In this document: positions 19,818 through 29,705 of the stretch, one piece after another
Numbering within the stretch: the stretch's first letter is position 1
How the letters are laid out: each line of letters starts with the position of its first letter
Assembly (NCBI GenBank): GCA_028711705.1
Contig: JAQTRS010000003.1
Location: 27,818-91,817 of the forward strand
DNA from: Candidatus Moraniibacteriota bacterium
GTDB taxonomy: Bacteria > Patescibacteriota > Minisyncoccia > Moranbacterales > UBA1568
Direction: 5' to 3'
DNA length: 64,000 nt
The notes under the pieces: generated by a model
Seen by the model: only the letters and a program-made list of their open reading frames with translations
Databases searched by the model: none
Told to the model about the DNA's origin: nothing
Program-made: the position numbers and the translations under genes

Positions 19818-21116
19818 TTATTCATCCGATCGCAAATCCACGACGTTTTGCAATGCGGGAGGAATATCCCATACTTCTTTCTTCTGCGCGGTCGGCGATG
19901 GACCACTACTATAACCCAAACCGAAAGATGATTTCGCAGCCTTCGGTTTGAGCGAGGCGGCGCTTGTGGCTTGTTTTTCCGCCGGGAGCGTCTGCCCTGA
20001 TGAGAACTGGAATGCATCAGGTGAAGATGGATGAAGCGGCTTTAGTGTCAGAGGAGCAGCTTTTGGGGTAAATGAAGGCGTGCTTGAGAAATTTTTATCG
20101 GTAGCTGCTGACATTACGGACGAAGTCTGAGGCATGGCAGGAACAGATGGAGAGGATTTTGAAAAATTGAAGCTTTTGATGAATGGTGTCTGTGTCTTTG
20201 GAGGCATGGGAATTGATGACGCAGAGAAAGGTCTCGCTTCTGGCGCCGTAGCAGACGGAAAATCCTGATACGATTCCTGCATCTTGGCAGGCGCCGCCTT
20301 CGGAAGAGGGGCGGCTATGGGCTGCGCGGGCTTCGGCGCCGAAGTAGAGACAGATTTCGACAATGGCGGCATCGTCGGAGCGGCTGGAAATATGATCTCT
20401 TGCCTCTCTGCATCAATAGAAATCGGCTCATTCTCATCGAGTGATTTGAGTATCAATGAAATCTTCTCGCGGTCCTGCATCGTCAGATTCTTGGTATTTT
20501 CTGCCTGGAAAAGAAATTGCCCACGCTCAACGGAAGAGTGTTTCCGCGCGCCAACGATATCGCGGTAGGCACGCAGCCAGTTCCGCACCGATCCGCGTAC
20601 CAATTCTTTCTCGCTCCTGATTTTCAACCGGCTGCCGGTAACTTGCTGATCATTAAGACGGGAATACTTCGACAAAGCGTCAAGCAGGGCCATCTCCACA
20701 ATAGAGGCCTTTTTTACCGCCGCTTCTTCTGTCACCTTTTTTTCCGCCTTAAGCGTCAGTATTTCCGTTCGGATAAAATTCATAGCTGCCTCAACCTTAT
20801 CCTGCGGGAAATCCACATCATTTTTCAATGCGAGAGAGAATTGCTCGAGTGTTGTTTTCTTGAAATACAGCAATCGTAACAATGAGGCTGTTTTCATTGC
20901 AACATCATCGGTCAACTGCAGTAGCCCTTTCATTTTGAAAATCGCTTCAGCTACTAGTGGTGAACTTAGTGTTACATAAACATCCTCCGGAACATCACGA
21001 AGATTCATCCACATCGCCACACGCTCTGGTTGCGTCAAATACACCCCATTAGGGTGGATATTTACCAATAAAGGATCGAATTTCAACGCATCATTATTTG
21101 TCATAGAATCATTCAT
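19818..21116 (-). CDS. Hypothetical protein with P/S/A-rich disordered C-terminal half
   Basis: 432-aa ORF within the T4SS-like cluster. Confidence 0.7.
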   Translation of the reverse strand: MNDSMTNNDALKFDPLLVNIHPNGVYLTQPERVAMWMNLRDVPEDVYVTLSSPLVAEAIFKMKGLLQLTDDVAMKTASLLRLLYFKKTTLEQFSLALKNDVDFPQDKVEAAMNFIRTEILTLKAEKKVTEEAAVKKASIVEMALLDALSKYSRLNDQQVTGSRLKIRSEKELVRGSVRNWLRAYRDIVGARKHSSVERGQFLFQAENTKNLTMQDREKISLILKSLDENEPISIDAERQEIIFPAAPTMPPLSKSVSTSAPKPAQPIAAPLPKAAPAKMQESYQDFPSATAPEARPFSASSIPMPPKTQTPFIKSFNFSKSSPSVPAMPQTSSVMSAATDKNFSSTPSFTPKAAPLTLKPLHPSSPDAFQFSSGQTLPAEKQATSAASLKPKAAKSSFGLGYSSGPSPTAQKKEVWDIPPALQNVVDLRSDE

Positions 21117-21154
21117 GTTTGTTTTTCAAAAAGACACAGGTCTACACGCTATGA

Positions 21155-23245
21155 CTATGCCCTAGACTTAACCCCGCCAACTTCCCATGCAGACACGATA
21201 GCTTCCCTATTTTCTCTCGCCATGGCAGCATAGGCCTCCTTCTGGGATTGTTCTGTCTTGAATGTCATATAGTCGATGAAATCCCTACTAATAAGCATCG
21301 TCTCATCTTGTTTCGCCATATCGTTCGCGCTAATCTTATTGAACACGTCAGCATAGGCTTTCTGCTGTGCAGCAGGTGTTATAGGTCCGGCGGCTTTGAG
21401 ACTATTCAGGTTGGACTGAACGCGAATATGGGCTTGACCCTGCTCCACGAGTCGCTTATCATACATCTTTTTCAAATCCCCGGTAGCGGCAATATCTATC
21501 ATCTCCTTACCGGAAGCATCTTTCATAACATTACCATTGGCATCCTTCTGTTTAATCTGCAATTGAGCAAGCACTTTATCATACCCTTCGCCGTTAGCAC
21601 CCAAAGCTCCCTTCTCAGCCTTGGCCACCATATCACCTAATAATTTCTGATTGCCATTAGCGTTAAGAATCTCAAGTGACTTTTCAAAATCACCTGCACT
21701 TTGAAGCACTGACTTCGGAGCTTTGGCGATAATACCCTTGGCCGCAGAAAGATCCTTACCCACCGCCTGCAAGGCCATCTGGAAATCACCAGCACCCGTG
21801 AGCGCTTCTTTTTCGGAAAGATACAAAGCGGCCGCCTTTTTCTTTTCAGGGGAAAATTTTTTATCACGCAGCATCGCTTGCGCTTGCGTCACATTACCAA
21901 GCTTCTTCAATGACTCCTGCTCAGCAGCCACCCGCTTCGCAAAAGCCGCATCCAATGCGTTCGCATGAGCCACAGTGCCCCCAGCAAGCAATGCAGCCAC
22001 ATTACCCTCACGTCTTTCCTGTGCCCGTCTCGCATCGCTTCCGAACATCATACGCCTATCTTTCCAAGCCTGTTTCACACCACCAGGAACACCGGTCCAG
22101 TTGGCAGCCCCTTTGGCGCCGCGCCATGGCTGGCGACCCGCCCATTTCACGAACATACTGCCATATTTGGTACCGGTATAACCAAGTTCACTGCTCATCT
22201 TTTCGGCGGAAGTGATAGCGATCCAAAAAAGAATGATTGGAACAGCAAAATACACAAGGGTCACCAAGATATCGGTGTTTATAGAGCCCGTATTCGCACC
22301 CATACCCTGAAATGTCGTTGCCATACCCATCTTCCAATTCTGCATCTGGCCAAGCACGCGGATACTCACCAACACCATAAATACCGCTATCGGTCCGTAC
22401 GAGGCATACTGAAACAACTTATCCCACCACTTCTTGGCATAGCCTTGGGTAATTGGGGCGGCCATACCAGCAAATCCGATTGGGGAAAACATCACCAATA
22501 TCGGCAAGGCCACTAAGCGGACAAGCAACATAAGCGAAAGCACGAGCAGGGTGATCATAAAGATGAACATCACGATGATAGCGAGGAAAATGAGCGCCCA
22601 ATCTGACTTAGCCCCTTGAGGCAGAAAAATCTTTTCCAATTGAGCGCCTCCTAAAATACCGCTCGCTGCCGCCGGACCCGTCGTTTGAAACACCGACTGC
22701 ACGAAAAAATACATCATGCTATTGAAGAAGTCGATAATGGTGCGAGAAATAGGCCAGCTGAAATTTACCAGCAAAGCCATGATGATCACCATCCACAAGA
22801 TGCGGTTATATTTATATTTATCCACCTGATAGATGGTGGCGAATGCCGAGAAAAGCAGGACGAGAATGAAGAGCATGTTCATGGTATCGCGGACGATTTT
22901 CCAGATTTCATAAAACACCCCATTATTCATGATACTGGAAAACGAATTCGGATCGAGGATATAGGCAAATAACACGGCGGCAGCATTGGCAAGACCGGCC
23001 TCGACACTCAGCAAGGCCACTGCAGCCGGCTTCAGCATCGAATCGATTCCGATTCCGATATCCGCTCCCACCTTCTCCCACGGACAGCTGCCATCATCCA
23101 AACTCTTCGTCCACCAACCGCAATCAGCGTGCGCTTGAGGCACCGCAAAAACAAACATCGACGAGAAGAGGAATACGGAAAGGAATACGGAAAAAACCTT
23201 CTTATACTGAATAAAAAGGTGAGAAACCTTGAATTGTATTTTCAT
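21155..23245 (-). CDS. VirB6/TrbL-like polytopic membrane protein with long soluble C-terminal extension
   Basis: WKIVRDTMN, LLVNFSWPISRTIID, RLVALPILVMFSP, WWDKLFQY; start MKIQF at 23245 assumed. Confidence 0.78.
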   Translation of the reverse strand: MKIQFKVSHLFIQYKKVFSVFLSVFLFSSMFVFAVPQAHADCGWWTKSLDDGSCPWEKVGADIGIGIDSMLKPAAVALLSVEAGLANAAAVLFAYILDPNSFSSIMNNGVFYEIWKIVRDTMNMLFILVLLFSAFATIYQVDKYKYNRILWMVIIMALLVNFSWPISRTIIDFFNSMMYFFVQSVFQTTGPAAASGILGGAQLEKIFLPQGAKSDWALIFLAIIVMFIFMITLLVLSLMLLVRLVALPILVMFSPIGFAGMAAPITQGYAKKWWDKLFQYASYGPIAVFMVLVSIRVLGQMQNWKMGMATTFQGMGANTGSINTDILVTLVYFAVPIILFWIAITSAEKMSSELGYTGTKYGSMFVKWAGRQPWRGAKGAANWTGVPGGVKQAWKDRRMMFGSDARRAQERREGNVAALLAGGTVAHANALDAAFAKRVAAEQESLKKLGNVTQAQAMLRDKKFSPEKKKAAALYLSEKEALTGAGDFQMALQAVGKDLSAAKGIIAKAPKSVLQSAGDFEKSLEILNANGNQKLLGDMVAKAEKGALGANGEGYDKVLAQLQIKQKDANGNVMKDASGKEMIDIAATGDLKKMYDKRLVEQGQAHIRVQSNLNSLKAAGPITPAAQQKAYADVFNKISANDMAKQDETMLISRDFIDYMTFKTEQSQKEAYAAMARENREAIVSAWEVGGVKSRA

Positions 23246-23450
23246 TTTTTGCAGCACAGACGCTCTGCTAATGACTAAGATTTCATCACAATCGGAGTAT
23301 ACCACACAATGCAACGGGGTGCAAAAAAGGAATGACCTACTCGATCATCCCTTTTCTTGGGTCTTACGGTAAACTTCGTCGCAAGCTTATTTTTATGCCT
23401 TCTTGAGTATCATATCCTCCCTTGCTAAAATATTTCCTTAAGCCTTCTTT

Positions 23451-24641
23451 TTAATACACGTATCCCTTTATAGAACGGCTCGCTATCGGAATAACACGAC
23501 GATTCACCTTACCCCAACCTTTGTAGTTCATCTCGCTCACCGTAATGGTGCCGCTCCCGACACTTTCCACCAAGGCGACGTGCCCATAATACGGGCTGTC
23601 CGTCGTTACCACGATCGACCCGACCGTAGGGGATTTACCGGTCTTATATCCTTGCGCCTTCGCATTATACAGCCAGGTTCCCGCATTGCCGCCCCATGGC
23701 ACATAGCGTTTCTGCGCCACATACCACGTACAATACCCATACGGGAAGCGATGGCCAGTGCCTGCCTTACCCTCAAGTTTCTTCCATCCTGAAGAAATAT
23801 CGGTTGCGGTTCCCGCTCCGGAAGAGGTTGCATACTGACGACGGAGCGTATCGCTCGTGTCCGTCTGCGTCGGTTTTGGAATCTCCTTTTGTCCGTCCGG
23901 AATAACAATTTCCTGATCGTTTTTTATTTCGCCATTGGCAGGCAATTCATTGAATGCGATGATGCGACCCTTATCCGCATGATACTTCTGCGCGATAGAG
24001 TCCAAAGTCTCACCATTTTGCACCGTGTGCGTCACGCCGGCCACCGGCAGAATAAATATCTGGTCTCCCGGCTTGATGGCGTCAACATTCTCCAAGTCGT
24101 TCGCCCACAAGATAGTATTGACCGTAATAAAGTTTTTGGCAGCGATACCGCTCACGGTATCACCCTCCTTTACCGTATATATGCTCACGCCACCGTCTTC
24201 TTCCGGATCCTTCATGATACCGACCGAAGAAGCCACGATTTGACTTCCCTGTGATCCTGTTGACATATCAGCCACCGACAAGACCATATCTTTTTCTTCA
24301 GGATCCACCTTGGTAGACGCGCTCGCTAATGGCACGAGCGATAAGCTGTCTTTTTTACTTGCCTGACCGGCAATTTTATGTTTCGCAAGAGAAGCCTCAC
24401 CGGATTCATCCTGAAAATACCCTGATAAAAATCCGCCGGATTCATCGGTAGCGGCCACATTCGTTCCGGTTACCAAAAAAGCGCTTCCCACAACAACCGA
24501 AAGCGCTGAATAATTCCTGAACAAATGAAGGAAATAAAGCGTCTTGTGCTGTTTGAGATACTGTGTCAGACGTTTCTGGGCTCGATAGACTCGAGTCTGA
24601 AAGTCCCTAAACCTTAGCCGCTTGTGCTTGAAAGAATTCAA
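23451..24641 (-). CDS. LysM x2 + CHAP peptidoglycan hydrolase
   Basis: YTVKEGDTVSGIA, HTVQNGETLDSIA; GYCTWYV, WGGNAGTW, YGHVALVE, SEMNY. Confidence 0.92.
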   Translation of the reverse strand: MNSFKHKRLRFRDFQTRVYRAQKRLTQYLKQHKTLYFLHLFRNYSALSVVVGSAFLVTGTNVAATDESGGFLSGYFQDESGEASLAKHKIAGQASKKDSLSLVPLASASTKVDPEEKDMVLSVADMSTGSQGSQIVASSVGIMKDPEEDGGVSIYTVKEGDTVSGIAAKNFITVNTILWANDLENVDAIKPGDQIFILPVAGVTHTVQNGETLDSIAQKYHADKGRIIAFNELPANGEIKNDQEIVIPDGQKEIPKPTQTDTSDTLRRQYATSSGAGTATDISSGWKKLEGKAGTGHRFPYGYCTWYVAQKRYVPWGGNAGTWLYNAKAQGYKTGKSPTVGSIVVTTDSPYYGHVALVESVGSGTITVSEMNYKGWGKVNRRVIPIASRSIKGYVY

Positions 24642-24766
24642 GCCTGTGCGTAGAAGATTATTACTAATATGATCGATCCTTCAGTTAAGTTTACACCGTA
24701 GAGAACCAACACCCTCGTGTTTAAGCGGTGTCTCATTGGAGCAAACCCTAATTTTTATGTATTCCC

Positions 24767-24795
24767 ATAGTACTAGACCCTCGGAATTTTGTCAA
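24767..24795 (-). promoter_or_regulatory. Sigma70-type promoter for the LysM-CHAP gene
   Basis: Minus strand TTGACA-17 bp-TACTAT. Confidence 0.7.
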
Positions 24796-24856
24796 TGTAA
24801 AATGACACAAAATTGCCATTTTTTGGCTTGTATAAAGCATATGGTACAATACGGGT

Positions 24857-25783
24857 ATGCCTACTATCCATACCTGGAAGCGCCGATTCCTTGAATACCT
24901 TGAGATCGAGCTCAACCGGTCGCTCAAAACCATAGAAAACTATGATCAGTGCCTGAATCAGTTTTTCATCTGGTCGAAAATCAAAAAACCACAGGATATC
25001 ACCACCGAGATGATACGGAAATACCGCCTTTTTCTCAATCATCCCTCCACCATCCATAAGGATGCTCTCAAAAAAAACTCCCAGTCGCATCACGTCATCA
25101 TCCTACGTACCTTCCTTAAATTCCTCACCAAACAAGAACTCTCCGTTGTATCGCCTGAAAAAATTGAGGTGGGCAAGTCGCCCATGCGGCAAGTGGACTT
25201 CTTAGAACTCGAGGAAATCGAGCGGCTTTTCGCCGCCGCCTCGGGAAAAAGCTTCAAATCTCTCCGTGACAGAGCCATCCTCGAACTCCTTTTTTCCTCC
25301 GGGCTCCGTGTTTCCGAGCTGGTCAACCTCAACCGCGACCAGATCAACCTTGAAAAACAGGAATTCAGCGTCCGCGGCAAAGGCGGTAAGGTTCGACTCA
25401 TATTCCTCTCCATTCAAGCCAGACAGGCTCTGGAAGCTTATCTACACAAACGAAGCGATGTCGATCAGGCTCTTTTCGTCGCCTATTCGAAGGGCTTTGG
25501 AAAAAAAACAAACGATGCTGAGCTTCGTCTCACGCCCCGTACCATACAACGCATCGTCAAATACTATACGCTTAAAGCCGGCATCGTAAAAGATGTCCAC
25601 CCGCACACGCTGCGACACAGCTTCGCCACCGACCTTCTTGCCAATGGCGCCGATATCCGCAGCGTACAGGCTATGCTCGGGCACGCTTCCATCACCACAA
25701 CCCAGGTCTACACCCACGTCGTCGACAAAGGCCTTCGCGAAATCTACAAGCAATTCCACGGAAAAAGAACTAAAAAGGGCTGA
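24857..25783 (+). CDS. XerC/XerD-family tyrosine recombinase
   Basis: RDRAILELLFSSGLRVSEL, GKGGKVR, HPHTLRHSFAT, LGHASITTTQVY. Confidence 0.93.
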   Translation: MPTIHTWKRRFLEYLEIELNRSLKTIENYDQCLNQFFIWSKIKKPQDITTEMIRKYRLFLNHPSTIHKDALKKNSQSHHVIILRTFLKFLTKQELSVVSPEKIEVGKSPMRQVDFLELEEIERLFAAASGKSFKSLRDRAILELLFSSGLRVSELVNLNRDQINLEKQEFSVRGKGGKVRLIFLSIQARQALEAYLHKRSDVDQALFVAYSKGFGKKTNDAELRLTPRTIQRIVKYYTLKAGIVKDVHPHTLRHSFATDLLANGADIRSVQAMLGHASITTTQVYTHVVDKGLREIYKQFHGKRTKKG

Positions 25784-25819
25784 ATTTTCAATAGCCTTGT
25801 ATGCTCATTACACACACTG

Positions 25820-28003
25820 TCACAATTTTTTCAAAGGCACTAAAGCGATACTGATTTTTTTCAAGCCTTTCTTCTTGAAAGCGATAGTTGCGATATCATT
25901 CACCAGCGTCACGATAAGTCCCTGACCAAAATCCGGGTGGGTAATGGAATCCCCAGGACGGAAGGCATCCGATTTTGAGAAGAGTTTCGGCTTCCTTTTC
26001 TCCTGCTCTTCTGCAAAAGCGCTGAGCATCATATCCGATCGTTTCAATCGCTCCTCATTCACCAGCTCTTCCGGTATCTCGGAAACGAAACGTGATGGGG
26101 GATTGATCTGAGTCGAACCGAAAATGGTGCGCTGATCGGCGAAGAGAAGATAGATTTTCTGCTTCGCGCGAGTGAGCGCCACATACATGAGCCGCCTTTC
26201 CTCCTCAAGCTCATGTTGTGAAAAAGCGCTTCGCGAATGCGGAAAAATCCCTTCCTCCAAACCGATAACGAAAATAACCGGGAATTCCAATCCCTTGGAA
26301 CTGTGTACGGTCATTAGGTGTATGGCTGGTTGTTTTTGATCAATGGAATCCGTGTCGGAAGCGAGCATCACCTCTTCCAAAAAGGCGTTCAGCGCCTCTT
26401 GGGTATCATATTCGTCATACTTTTTAGCAACGCTCAAAAGCTCCCGCACATTCTCCTGGCGAGCCTCTCCTTCGCTCGTCTTATCATCAAGACTCTTCAG
26501 ATAACCACTCTTCTTCAGGATATGACCGATGAGATGGAAGAGTGATTTCGAAGTTTCGATCGTTTTGTGAAATCCTTGTATCAATTCGCAAAAAGCATGA
26601 ATCGATCGTAGCTTAACCTCCCGTAAACCGCTTTCCTCGGCCGTTATGCAAAATCCGGACTCAAGCAGGTTCATGTCTTGGGACTGCGCATATGCGGACC
26701 ATTTCTCAAGTGTCGCCTTGCCTAAATTCCTTTTCGGCTCATTGATGATCCTTTCTAAGGCCAGGTTATCCAGCGGGTTTTTTGTCAATCGCAAATACGC
26801 GATAATATCCTTGATTTCTTTTCGCTGATAGAATTTGATACCGCCCACCACGCGATAGGGAAGCGACGCTCGCAAAAAGGCTTCTTCCATCATACGCGAC
26901 TGGGCATTGGTGCGGTATAACACAGCAAAGTCAGACATTGGTCGATGCTCTTCCTCTGCGCGCCGTATAACTTCCTGCACCACATATTCCGCCTCTTCCC
27001 GCTCATCGCGAGCCGAAAAAACGACAATCTTTTCACCCTCGACTAACTCTGTCCACATTTTTTTATGCCGCTGATTCTCATTGCGCGCAATCACACTCCC
27101 GGCTGCATCGAGAATAATCTGCGTAGAACGGTAATTCCGATCCAAGGTAATAATTTTCGCGTCAGCATAATCTTTTTCAAAATCCAAGATATTGCGAATA
27201 TCAGCCTGTCTCCAACCATAGATAGATTGATAGTCGTCTCCGATCACGAACAAATTGCGATGCCTTTTCGCGAGCAAGGTAATCAGCATATACTGGGAAT
27301 GGTTCGTATCCTGATACTCATCCACCATGATATAGCGGAAGAGATTCTGATATTTCTCCAAGACAGGCAGAAAGTCCTGCAAAAGCCTGACGGTCAGGAA
27401 AATAAGGTCGTCAAAATCCAATGTATTGGCGCATCGCAATTCCTTTTGGTATTCGCGGTACGCCTTCGCCACCTGTTCTTCGTAGTAGCTGCTGGCCGAA
27501 AGCGCGAACTGCTCTTCATCCAAGAGCTCGTTTTTGGCTTTAGATATGGCGCTCAATATGGAACGAGGCTGAATCTGATCCGTATTGATATCCAAAGACT
27601 TCATCACCTTTTTCATCAAAGATAGTTGGTCCTGATCATCGGAGATATTGAAATTTTTTCCATAGCCCAACACTTCGATTTCTTGGCGCAAAATTTTGGC
27701 GCAGATATTGTGGAAGGTGCCGATATGCGGCAATGCCTGCCGATGGGTGGCGTGTTCGCCAGTCATAGCCTCGAGAAGATGAGTGATACGCTCGCGCATT
27801 TCCTGCGAAGCCTTATTGGTGAAAGTGACGGCTAAAATATTATGCGGCGCGATATGCTTTTCATGCATCAAATACGCCAGACGATGGGTCAATGTCTTAG
27901 TCTTACCGGATCCGGCACCGGCCAAAATGAGCACCGGCCCATCCGTTGCCTTCATGGCGCGCAACTGTTCAGGATTGAGGCCTTTTTCTAAAAAATCTTT
28001 CAT
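25820..28003 (-). CDS. pcrA: ATP-dependent DNA helicase PcrA/UvrD
   Basis: AGAGSGKT, VDEYQDTN, GDDYQSIY, NYRST, HSSKGLEF, EERRLMYVALTRA; start MKDFLEK assumed. Confidence 0.95.
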   Translation of the reverse strand: MKDFLEKGLNPEQLRAMKATDGPVLILAGAGSGKTKTLTHRLAYLMHEKHIAPHNILAVTFTNKASQEMRERITHLLEAMTGEHATHRQALPHIGTFHNICAKILRQEIEVLGYGKNFNISDDQDQLSLMKKVMKSLDINTDQIQPRSILSAISKAKNELLDEEQFALSASSYYEEQVAKAYREYQKELRCANTLDFDDLIFLTVRLLQDFLPVLEKYQNLFRYIMVDEYQDTNHSQYMLITLLAKRHRNLFVIGDDYQSIYGWRQADIRNILDFEKDYADAKIITLDRNYRSTQIILDAAGSVIARNENQRHKKMWTELVEGEKIVVFSARDEREEAEYVVQEVIRRAEEEHRPMSDFAVLYRTNAQSRMMEEAFLRASLPYRVVGGIKFYQRKEIKDIIAYLRLTKNPLDNLALERIINEPKRNLGKATLEKWSAYAQSQDMNLLESGFCITAEESGLREVKLRSIHAFCELIQGFHKTIETSKSLFHLIGHILKKSGYLKSLDDKTSEGEARQENVRELLSVAKKYDEYDTQEALNAFLEEVMLASDTDSIDQKQPAIHLMTVHSSKGLEFPVIFVIGLEEGIFPHSRSAFSQHELEEERRLMYVALTRAKQKIYLLFADQRTIFGSTQINPPSRFVSEIPEELVNEERLKRSDMMLSAFAEEQEKRKPKLFSKSDAFRPGDSITHPDFGQGLIVTLVNDIATIAFKKKGLKKISIALVPLKKL

Positions 28004-28052
28004 AGTCTTGGTATTATAGCACGGTTTTCGTCTCTCATGGTACACTATCTTT

Positions 28053-29699
28053 ATGAAAAACATCATTCACTCACTCAAAAACGGTGTTCGCACCATCGAA
28101 TCGGTACCGACAAGCTATACGCTATGGCTGACGTCTTTTTCCAGCCTGATCATTATAAGAATCATGGTTGAAAACTGGCTATCCGGATTCGAAAGCCGTT
28201 CCTCTCAATTCCTGTTCTATGAATTCACGCACACATTCTTCTTTTTCCTGCTTTCTTTCCTCGTTCTCTGGCCCGTGGTCTCATTTTTCGGCAAAGTAAC
28301 GCTCTCGCAAACCTCAACCATCCTCCTGTTCGGATTCATTATCATCCTCACGCCCCCTCTTTTGGATACCTGGATCGCAAATGGGGCTCATCTCTGGAGT
28401 TTTTATAAATTCGATAGCCTTGCCGGCCTTTGGCAGCGCTATTTCACACTTTTCGGCGACCGCCCCGACATCGGCATCACCTATGGCGTGCGCATCGAAG
28501 TGATCCTCACTACGGTTTTGATCGGCATCTATACCTTTATCAAAACCGATCATCTGCCCCGATCCGTCGTTGCGATGATTTCCACCTATAGCATCCTCTT
28601 TATTTTAGGAACATTCCCATCTTGGCTTACCTTCCTCATCCTCGGACTTCAAAAAAATATCTTTTCTATCACCGATATCGATATCGCTTCCCTCTTCCTT
28701 TCTCCGTTCACGCTTCTGATGCGATCGAATTTCGAATTATCCTCCATCCTCAATGTCAAGATGAGCCTTATATACGCGCCATTAACGCTTACACTCACCG
28801 CCATCTATCTTTGGCGATACTTCCCTGAAAAGTTCTTCGCGCTCTATCATAATGCGCGCATCCCTCAAATCATCTACCATGGCGGATTGTTTCTTGTCGG
28901 CATAGGGCTTGCGCTTGCATTGACACAAGCGACTCTCTCTTACAATCTCTTCAATCTCATCGGAATCATCGATACCCTGATTGCTATCGGGTGCGCATGG
29001 CTTTCTTCCGTCATCACCAATGATCTTTTCGACCAGAAGATAGATATCCTGACCAATCCGACACGCCCTCTCCAAAAGCAAGTCTTTTCCCAAGAGGAAT
29101 ACAAGGCTGTCGGCATGACATTTTTCATGACGTCGCTTATCTTTTCGGCCCTGGTGAGCTTTAAGATCATGCTCTTGCTTCTCATCTATCAGGCACTTGC
29201 CTGGGTATACTCCGCCTGGCCGCTTCGCCTCAAAAAATTCCCCGTCATAGCCACTTTTTTTGCCGCTCTCGCCTGCGTCATCGTCCTTATCGCCGGCTTT
29301 ACCCTAATAGCTCCGGAAGGAACCACCGAAAAGCTCCCAGCATCTTTCATTTGGTTTTTCCTCTTCATCCTCACCGTTTTTCTTCCCTTCAAGGACTTTA
29401 AAGACATCGCTGGCGATAAGGCCGACAATGTCTATACCATACCCGTTCTTTTCGGCGAGCACACCGGAAAACTCATCATCGGCAGCGGAATCTTCCTTTC
29501 CTATATGCTTAGTATTTCCATCTTCCACGAACCAAGACTCTTCTTATGGGCCCTGCTTTTCGGAAGCCTTTCTTTTTGGACGCTCATGATTTCCCAATCG
29601 GACAGAAAACAGCTTCTTTCATACCATAAGCTTCCCGGATGGCTCCTTGGTATCGCCTTCATCTACGGACTCATCCTTACAAATATCATCTTCTACTAA
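28053..29699 (+). CDS. UbiA-family prenyltransferase with extra N-terminal membrane domain
   Basis: NDLFDQKID, RPL, YSAWPLRLK, KDFKDIAGD. Confidence 0.82.
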   Translation: MKNIIHSLKNGVRTIESVPTSYTLWLTSFSSLIIIRIMVENWLSGFESRSSQFLFYEFTHTFFFFLLSFLVLWPVVSFFGKVTLSQTSTILLFGFIIILTPPLLDTWIANGAHLWSFYKFDSLAGLWQRYFTLFGDRPDIGITYGVRIEVILTTVLIGIYTFIKTDHLPRSVVAMISTYSILFILGTFPSWLTFLILGLQKNIFSITDIDIASLFLSPFTLLMRSNFELSSILNVKMSLIYAPLTLTLTAIYLWRYFPEKFFALYHNARIPQIIYHGGLFLVGIGLALALTQATLSYNLFNLIGIIDTLIAIGCAWLSSVITNDLFDQKIDILTNPTRPLQKQVFSQEEYKAVGMTFFMTSLIFSALVSFKIMLLLLIYQALAWVYSAWPLRLKKFPVIATFFAALACVIVLIAGFTLIAPEGTTEKLPASFIWFFLFILTVFLPFKDFKDIAGDKADNVYTIPVLFGEHTGKLIIGSGIFLSYMLSISIFHEPRLFLWALLFGSLSFWTLMISQSDRKQLLSYHKLPGWLLGIAFIYGLILTNIIFY

Positions 29700-29705
29700 T
29701 CACGC

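Noticed and set aside
24857-25783. Tyrosine recombinase as the integrase of an ICE carrying the T4SS
   Set aside because: Size and motifs are XerC/D-like; no att repeats, relaxase or compositional boundary seen.
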